Shown here one piece after another: positions 59,497 to 64,000 of a stretch of DNA of 64,000 bases. The stretch comes from Candidatus Saccharimonadota bacterium (lineage in GTDB: Bacteria > Patescibacteriota > Saccharimonadia > Saccharimonadales > Saccharimonadaceae): positions 121,102 to 185,101 of the forward strand of contig CAWUXT010000001.1 in NCBI GenBank assembly GCA_963926585.1, in the 5' to 3' direction. Under the pieces are notes generated by a model that worked only from the letters and a program-made list of their open reading frames with translations, was not told where the DNA came from and ran no database searches. Positions within the stretch are counted from its first letter, which is position 1. Every line of letters starts with the position of its first letter. A program made the position numbers and the translations under genes.

Positions 59497-60499
59497 GGAA
59501 GACTATAATAAAATTATGAGCATAGGGGCAAATCGATCAGAAGTGGATAACGGCATACACCAGCGACATCGGGGCAGCCGCAAGTTTGTTAGCTCTGCCA
59601 CTGGTGACAACGTTTCTCTTAACAGGCATACCTATCGATCGTTAAACGAGGCAGCTAAAGACCTAGGGCTAAAACTGCCCACCGAGGTTAGCCTAACTCT
59701 GGATGATTTTAAAGAAATCAATAATCACAATATTGTCCACGTGCAGATACTGAATAGCTGGCCACTTCCTTGTTATAACAAGATCTCTGGTTATGGCTAT
59801 TCTTGCGAACGCGTCTGTCTGTATTACATTCAGGATGGCAGGCTGGCAACAAGCCTAATAATGGATGGCCTCGTTGATAATATTAAATCCTTAGCCCTTA
59901 CCTTTAGCACCGGGGTCTGGTGGTACAGCCGCGTTGGTGATGATGATTTATTCTTTGATCGACACAGCGACAGCCGCTTCTCCGTAACAACATCCGCTGA
60001 TCACACCTATCTTACATATGATGATACCTACTTAATCGAATGCAGCGGCATTGATGACAGCCATAACAGCACGGCGGCGATTGACGTCTGGCAGAGATGG
60101 ACAGGACTAAAGAAGCTGCTCAAGCCAGGCAAAGTCAAAGATGCAGCTAAGTCCTTCTGGAAGCACTCCGGCGGTCCCAATCCAGGATATCGGAATGACT
60201 CGACCGACGTTCATTTTCGTGCAGCCACCTTAGCCGAAGCACTGGGCTATTTAAGTCTAGATATACTAAGAAAGCTTAGCAATATCTATGACAATTGTGG
60301 CGACCTTGATCCAAAGACTAGCAGTCCTGAAGTCGTTATGGAGGATTTAATGGATCTGGGCATATTAGACAAAACACCCACCAACCCAAGCGCTGGCGGC
60401 CAAAGCAATTGCGAGTACCCATTCATTAATTTAACTCAGGACCAGGTAAACGCTTTCTTAAGTAGTTACGGCAAGTGGCATGCAGATAGGCAAAACTAA
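59495..60499 (+). CDS. Hypothetical protein, paralog of 60537-62198
   Basis: Shared motifs L.EAA.DL.L.LP.E, YLIEC, QRWT.LKKL..PGK, NIYDN, GILDK. Confidence 0.75.
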   Translation: MEDYNKIMSIGANRSEVDNGIHQRHRGSRKFVSSATGDNVSLNRHTYRSLNEAAKDLGLKLPTEVSLTLDDFKEINNHNIVHVQILNSWPLPCYNKISGYGYSCERVCLYYIQDGRLATSLIMDGLVDNIKSLALTFSTGVWWYSRVGDDDLFFDRHSDSRFSVTTSADHTYLTYDDTYLIECSGIDDSHNSTAAIDVWQRWTGLKKLLKPGKVKDAAKSFWKHSGGPNPGYRNDSTDVHFRAATLAEALGYLSLDILRKLSNIYDNCGDLDPKTSSPEVVMEDLMDLGILDKTPTNPSAGGQSNCEYPFINLTQDQVNAFLSSYGKWHADRQN

Positions 60500-60536
60500 A
60501 TGTGAGCAAATATAATTATGAGCAAAAGGAGGACAT

Positions 60537-62198
60537 ATGACCAAGCAGGCAACCGCCAACAAGTCTAAATCAAACGAATTCAGCTATTACGCTAATCTTG
60601 CCGAGGCAGCTAACGACCTGAATCTGCAGTTACCAAACGAATGCTATACATTGTCGCCTAAGTCCGAGCCTACCACCACACGGTCTCTGCTTTTTACCGA
60701 CAAAATCATCTATGTACGCTTAATTGATAACGCGAACTTATCCGCTAGCAACCAAACTGGCTACCGCAATATCACTGCCATAGCCGATATTTACACATGG
60801 GAGTACGGCAGGGTTAATCGCTATCTGGTTAAACCATCCGATGATATTCTTGACGCCACAACATATCAATCTCTAAAAGATTGGCTATCAGCTAATGTCA
60901 GCAGCGATAGCCCAACGTTATGCTATTGCCGAGCAAATGGCAGGGACTTATTTTTTAGCGCTAGGAACAAAGGCCCATCACTAACGTTTCACCGTGCTAA
61001 CGGCAAGTGCAACTACTTGGATTACAAAGGCTATCTGATCGAATGCGATCACGTTAATGAACGGAACAACAGTACTGACGCCATTTCGCCCATTCAACGC
61101 TGGACAGAGCTAAAGAAGTTGGTCCAACCAGGCAAGATCGACCTAGCAGCCAGAGCCTTTTGGCAGTACTCCTACCTGATGCCAGATTTCAATTATTTCA
61201 GAGTCAACATCCATCGACGCGTGGCTGATCTAGCCTGTGCCATTGGTTATATTAATTCATACATCGTTAACCACTTGGGCAACATTTACGATAATTCCAA
61301 TATCGATCAGCTTGGACTGTCGGCCGAAGATGTGGTCAACCATCTAATTGGTATTGGTATTTTAGACAAGGAACAGACCAGCTCAGTTGTTGAACCGAAT
61401 AACCCAGACTTGCAGGTTGGCCACAAATTTATCGCCGACGAAACTAAGGTTAATTTCTTTACCCATAAAGGCGCTTATCCAGCAGCCTGGGCTGGTGCCT
61501 TTGACAATAATGTCGAACAATTCTATATTGACGACAAGCTGATTAAATTTGACCTCATCACCAGTAGCAATGCCCACGATGTCATGCCAGTAGCAGATTA
61601 CCGCCTAGCCGACGTGCTGGTTGATGGACTACACGACTACTTATTACGAACCACCAGCGAACCAGTCAAACAATACCTAGATGAGTGCGAGGACAGCATT
61701 TCTGTTTACAAGCTACTAGAGACAATCAGCGGTCCGGCCGATTTCTTCCCATCGAATGGCGATATGGCGCTATTTCACAACTGCGTTACCAAATATATTG
61801 TCGATGCTGGCTACTTAGCTAGGTACATGAGCCTTTTGTTTGCTCTAAGTCAACCAACTGATAGTGGCGAGGGCACAGAAGAAAGAATGAGCATTGCCAT
61901 GTTGCGATGTGAAACCGTCAAATATCTTATGACTAATCTCGACTGGATCCTTAGCATCTATGACTTTGACGACGCCATTCTACCAATCGTTGAAACTTAC
62001 GGAGTCCTTAACTTAGGTGGAGGAGAATGGACCGTGCCGTATGAATACAATTTACGCCACCACTTCATTGCCAGCATATTGCAGGCTGACGACCGGAATT
62101 ATCTCGCCACTATTAATCAGCGCGTCAACGATTTCATTACTGACCCCAGCGAGAATAATGACAACTGCAACATTGTCTATACGAATAGTTTAAAGTGA
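60537..62198 (+). CDS. Hypothetical protein, paralog of 59495-60499 with extra C-terminal domain
   Basis: Same shared motifs; AAAGGAGG SD. Confidence 0.78.
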   Translation: MTKQATANKSKSNEFSYYANLAEAANDLNLQLPNECYTLSPKSEPTTTRSLLFTDKIIYVRLIDNANLSASNQTGYRNITAIADIYTWEYGRVNRYLVKPSDDILDATTYQSLKDWLSANVSSDSPTLCYCRANGRDLFFSARNKGPSLTFHRANGKCNYLDYKGYLIECDHVNERNNSTDAISPIQRWTELKKLVQPGKIDLAARAFWQYSYLMPDFNYFRVNIHRRVADLACAIGYINSYIVNHLGNIYDNSNIDQLGLSAEDVVNHLIGIGILDKEQTSSVVEPNNPDLQVGHKFIADETKVNFFTHKGAYPAAWAGAFDNNVEQFYIDDKLIKFDLITSSNAHDVMPVADYRLADVLVDGLHDYLLRTTSEPVKQYLDECEDSISVYKLLETISGPADFFPSNGDMALFHNCVTKYIVDAGYLARYMSLLFALSQPTDSGEGTEERMSIAMLRCETVKYLMTNLDWILSIYDFDDAILPIVETYGVLNLGGGEWTVPYEYNLRHHFIASILQADDRNYLATINQRVNDFITDPSENNDNCNIVYTNSLK

Positions 62199-62219
62199 TC
62201 GGATTTTCAACATGAGAAA

Positions 62220-62243
62220 AGCCCATCTGCGAACAGATGGGCT
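62220..62243. terminator. Terminator
   Basis: AGCCCATCTG-cgaa-CAGATGGGCT. Confidence 0.75.
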
Positions 62244-62401
62244 AGGAATAGTTGGTCGGGATGACACCCCGACTGGACCCTGTAGGATTCAATCGATGGG
62301 TACGGGTATCATCCCGGTGTGACGGCGAGCTGCCTATCTCTAGGAAGCCCGCCATGTGCTAGCTAGACGTCAAGGCGGTAAAGGCGTCTAGCTGGTATAA
62401 C

Positions 62402-62487
62402 GGAGAAATGGCGGAGAAGTCGACAAGGGCATGTCAGAACCGCTGTACGGAAACACTAGAGGAGTAAAATCCTCGCCGACCTCCCCA
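62402..62487 (+). pseudogene. Degenerate class II tRNA (Ser-like) remnant
   Basis: GGAGAAATGGCGGAG..GTCGA 5' end, GTACGGAAAC variable-arm-like segment, GAGG-AGTAAAAT-CCTC T-arm-like segment, CTCCCCA end; 86 nt; anticodon stem does not pair. Confidence 0.4.
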
Positions 62488-62530
62488 TATAAACATTGGT
62501 TCAATCAAGTGCGCTGACGTTACGACGTCG

Positions 62531-62980
62531 CTACATAATGATGCCGTACAGGAAGTCATCCATCTCGCTTGCCGGACGCATAGCCAGATCAATGCACAGA
62601 TAGCCGTAGTTACCCTGCTTGGTACGCCAAGTTTCGTCGTACTTATTCAGGAACCTGCGTGCGGCTTCCCATGCTTCACTGACATACGGCGAGCCGTCAC
62701 TAGTACGCGAAGAGAGCAGCGCCCTATGCACGGGCTCCAACCAGAAACGCGTACCGCCAGACTCATCCGACATCAGATAGTATGGGTTGTGCAGGTCAAT
62801 GACATGCACCATTGCCAGCTTGACAGCCCCATACTGCTCGTCCAGCGTCACGATAGCCTTGTATCGGTCACCCTGAAAGCGGTCTAGCAGACGGTGCTGA
62901 TAGTACTCGCGTGTCTGCGGATCGTTGACATCGATACGGGATACCCTAATCCCGTCGACCAACCTCGACTTTTCTACCAT
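62531..62980 (-). CDS. Hypothetical protein
   Basis: 149-aa ORF with AGGAG SD. Confidence 0.65.
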   Translation of the reverse strand: MVEKSRLVDGIRVSRIDVNDPQTREYYQHRLLDRFQGDRYKAIVTLDEQYGAVKLAMVHVIDLHNPYYLMSDESGGTRFWLEPVHRALLSSRTSDGSPYVSEAWEAARRFLNKYDETWRTKQGNYGYLCIDLAMRPASEMDDFLYGIIM

Positions 62981-63153
62981 AGAATTCTCCTATCTCAGAG
63001 GAACTACTTAGTGGACTATATTGTGGCACTAAGCCACAACTATTATCTGCCATTTTGACGTCATGGTCAAGCGTTAGCGGCTTGATATGTTATAATCTAG
63101 CCAAGTAGCCGCCAAGACGGCAGAACTCACACCTGTTATAGATTGGAGAAGTC

Positions 63154-63860
63154 ATGAGCTGGCAATACGACTACGCGAATCGAACCATCGACGAACAGGA
63201 GGTTTCAGATCGCTTGGCCCGAACCAAGCCTGGCGGCTTATCCAGGCGAACGTACCACTTTCTGACCGGCGCCATCGTAGCCGCATCACTGATGATTATC
63301 GGCCTGGAGTACACATACTGCCTTAGCAACCCGTGAACCATCGAGTCACTGAACCTCGCCTTTGTCATTGCATGCTACGTTGTGCCATTCGCCGGCATCA
63401 TAATCATGGCGCTGGCGGGCAGGGAACACCTGGGTCTGATGGTAGTGGGTACTGCATGGCCACGCTCACGCTGGGCTTCCTCATGGCCATCGTGTTGACA
63501 GGGTATATGGCAGCTTCTATCCAACGCGCTATCCTGATTACGGCCATTATCGCCATATCTTTTGCGACGTTAGGCTTCGCTTGGCCGCAGTTGTTCCGCA
63601 GAATCTTTCCGATTTGCATGGTCGCACTGGGCATTATGATTATCATCGAGCTAGTCATGATGTTTCTGGGCATTCCGTCCGGCTGGAATGACTGGGTTGT
63701 TATCGTAATCTTCTGTGGTCTGATCGGTTACGACTTCTATCAGGCCGCCACAGACGAGCCGACAGTTGATAACGCCATTTGGTACGCCTGCGAGATTTAT
63801 CTGGATCTGATCAATATTTTCCTGCGCGTGCTAAATATCACAGGACGTAGCCGAGATTAA
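63154..63860 (+). pseudogene. Bax inhibitor-1/YccA family pseudogene (in-frame TGA plus frameshift)
   Basis: TGA at 63334-63336; frameshift near 63445-63452; C-terminus GLIGYDFYQA..DNAIWYACEIYLDLINIFLRVL. Confidence 0.8.
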
Positions 63861-63952
63861 GGATTCAGGCCAAAGTTCCTGTGCGTTTATTGGGCGCTCC
63901 GAGAGCCGGCCTCGCTAACAGCCAAGCCACAACAGCCACCAATCCAATCTCA

Positions 63953-63992
63953 AGCCCCGCCATGGCAATTACAACCTGGCGGGGCTAATTTT
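63953..63992 (+). terminator. Intrinsic terminator
   Basis: AGCCCCGCC-N16-GGCGGGGCT-aatttt. Confidence 0.6.
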
Positions 63993-64000
63993 TACCCTAG

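Noticed and set aside
481-63673. Many 60-190 aa ORFs antisense to or overlapping recognised genes (for example 5631-5960, 32643-33215, 35476-36096, 46145-46642)
   Set aside because: Shadow ORFs of well-supported genes; no motifs or initiation signals.
1-64000. TGA reassignment (code 4 or 25) suggested by in-frame TGA at 43616, 51962 and 63334
   Set aside because: Long conserved genes (secA, cas9, glyA, serS) are complete under code 11 with no internal TGA; two of the three TGA-bearing genes have other lesions; the nitroreductase ends normally at TGA TGA.
1-64000. A complete DGR cassette (RT, TR, avd) or any reverse transcriptase, integrase or transposase
   Set aside because: No YADD/YxDD RT motif, no AAC-rich template copy of the VR and no recombinase ORF seen in the window.

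Overview
Chromosomal segment of a small-genome bacterium, most likely Candidatus Saccharibacteria (Patescibacteria/CPR). That assignment is inferred from gene content and protein style, not from a database search. Core genes (topA 3' end, tmk, glyA, serS, hpf, class I aldolase, secA, a sigma4/HARE-HTH protein, a VirD4-like ATPase) are interspersed with many accessory genes. There is a complete type II-C CRISPR-Cas9 locus: tracrRNA, cas9, cas1, cas2, and 13 repeats / 12 spacers in reverse orientation. One spacer looks like a tRNA T-arm. Four toxin-antitoxin-type loci (Fic, HicB-HicA, a RelE-like pseudogene, Panacea-PemK-like), two APNTG-tailed surface proteins, several orphans and at least five recent pseudogenes are also present. 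The most notable observation concerns two paralogous large surface proteins with a C-terminal C-type-lectin/FGE-like domain (6728-9577 and 56489-59131). The first ends in a region with the nucleotide signature of a diversity-generating retroelement (DGR) variable region, although no RT, TR or avd is visible in the window. Each gene is preceded by a ~150-230 nt leader. The two leaders are unrelated in sequence but share one predicted architecture: a long rod whose apical loop pairs over 14-15 bp with the sequence just 3' of the closing stem. All structures were read by eye; no folding, HMM or BLAST searches were run.
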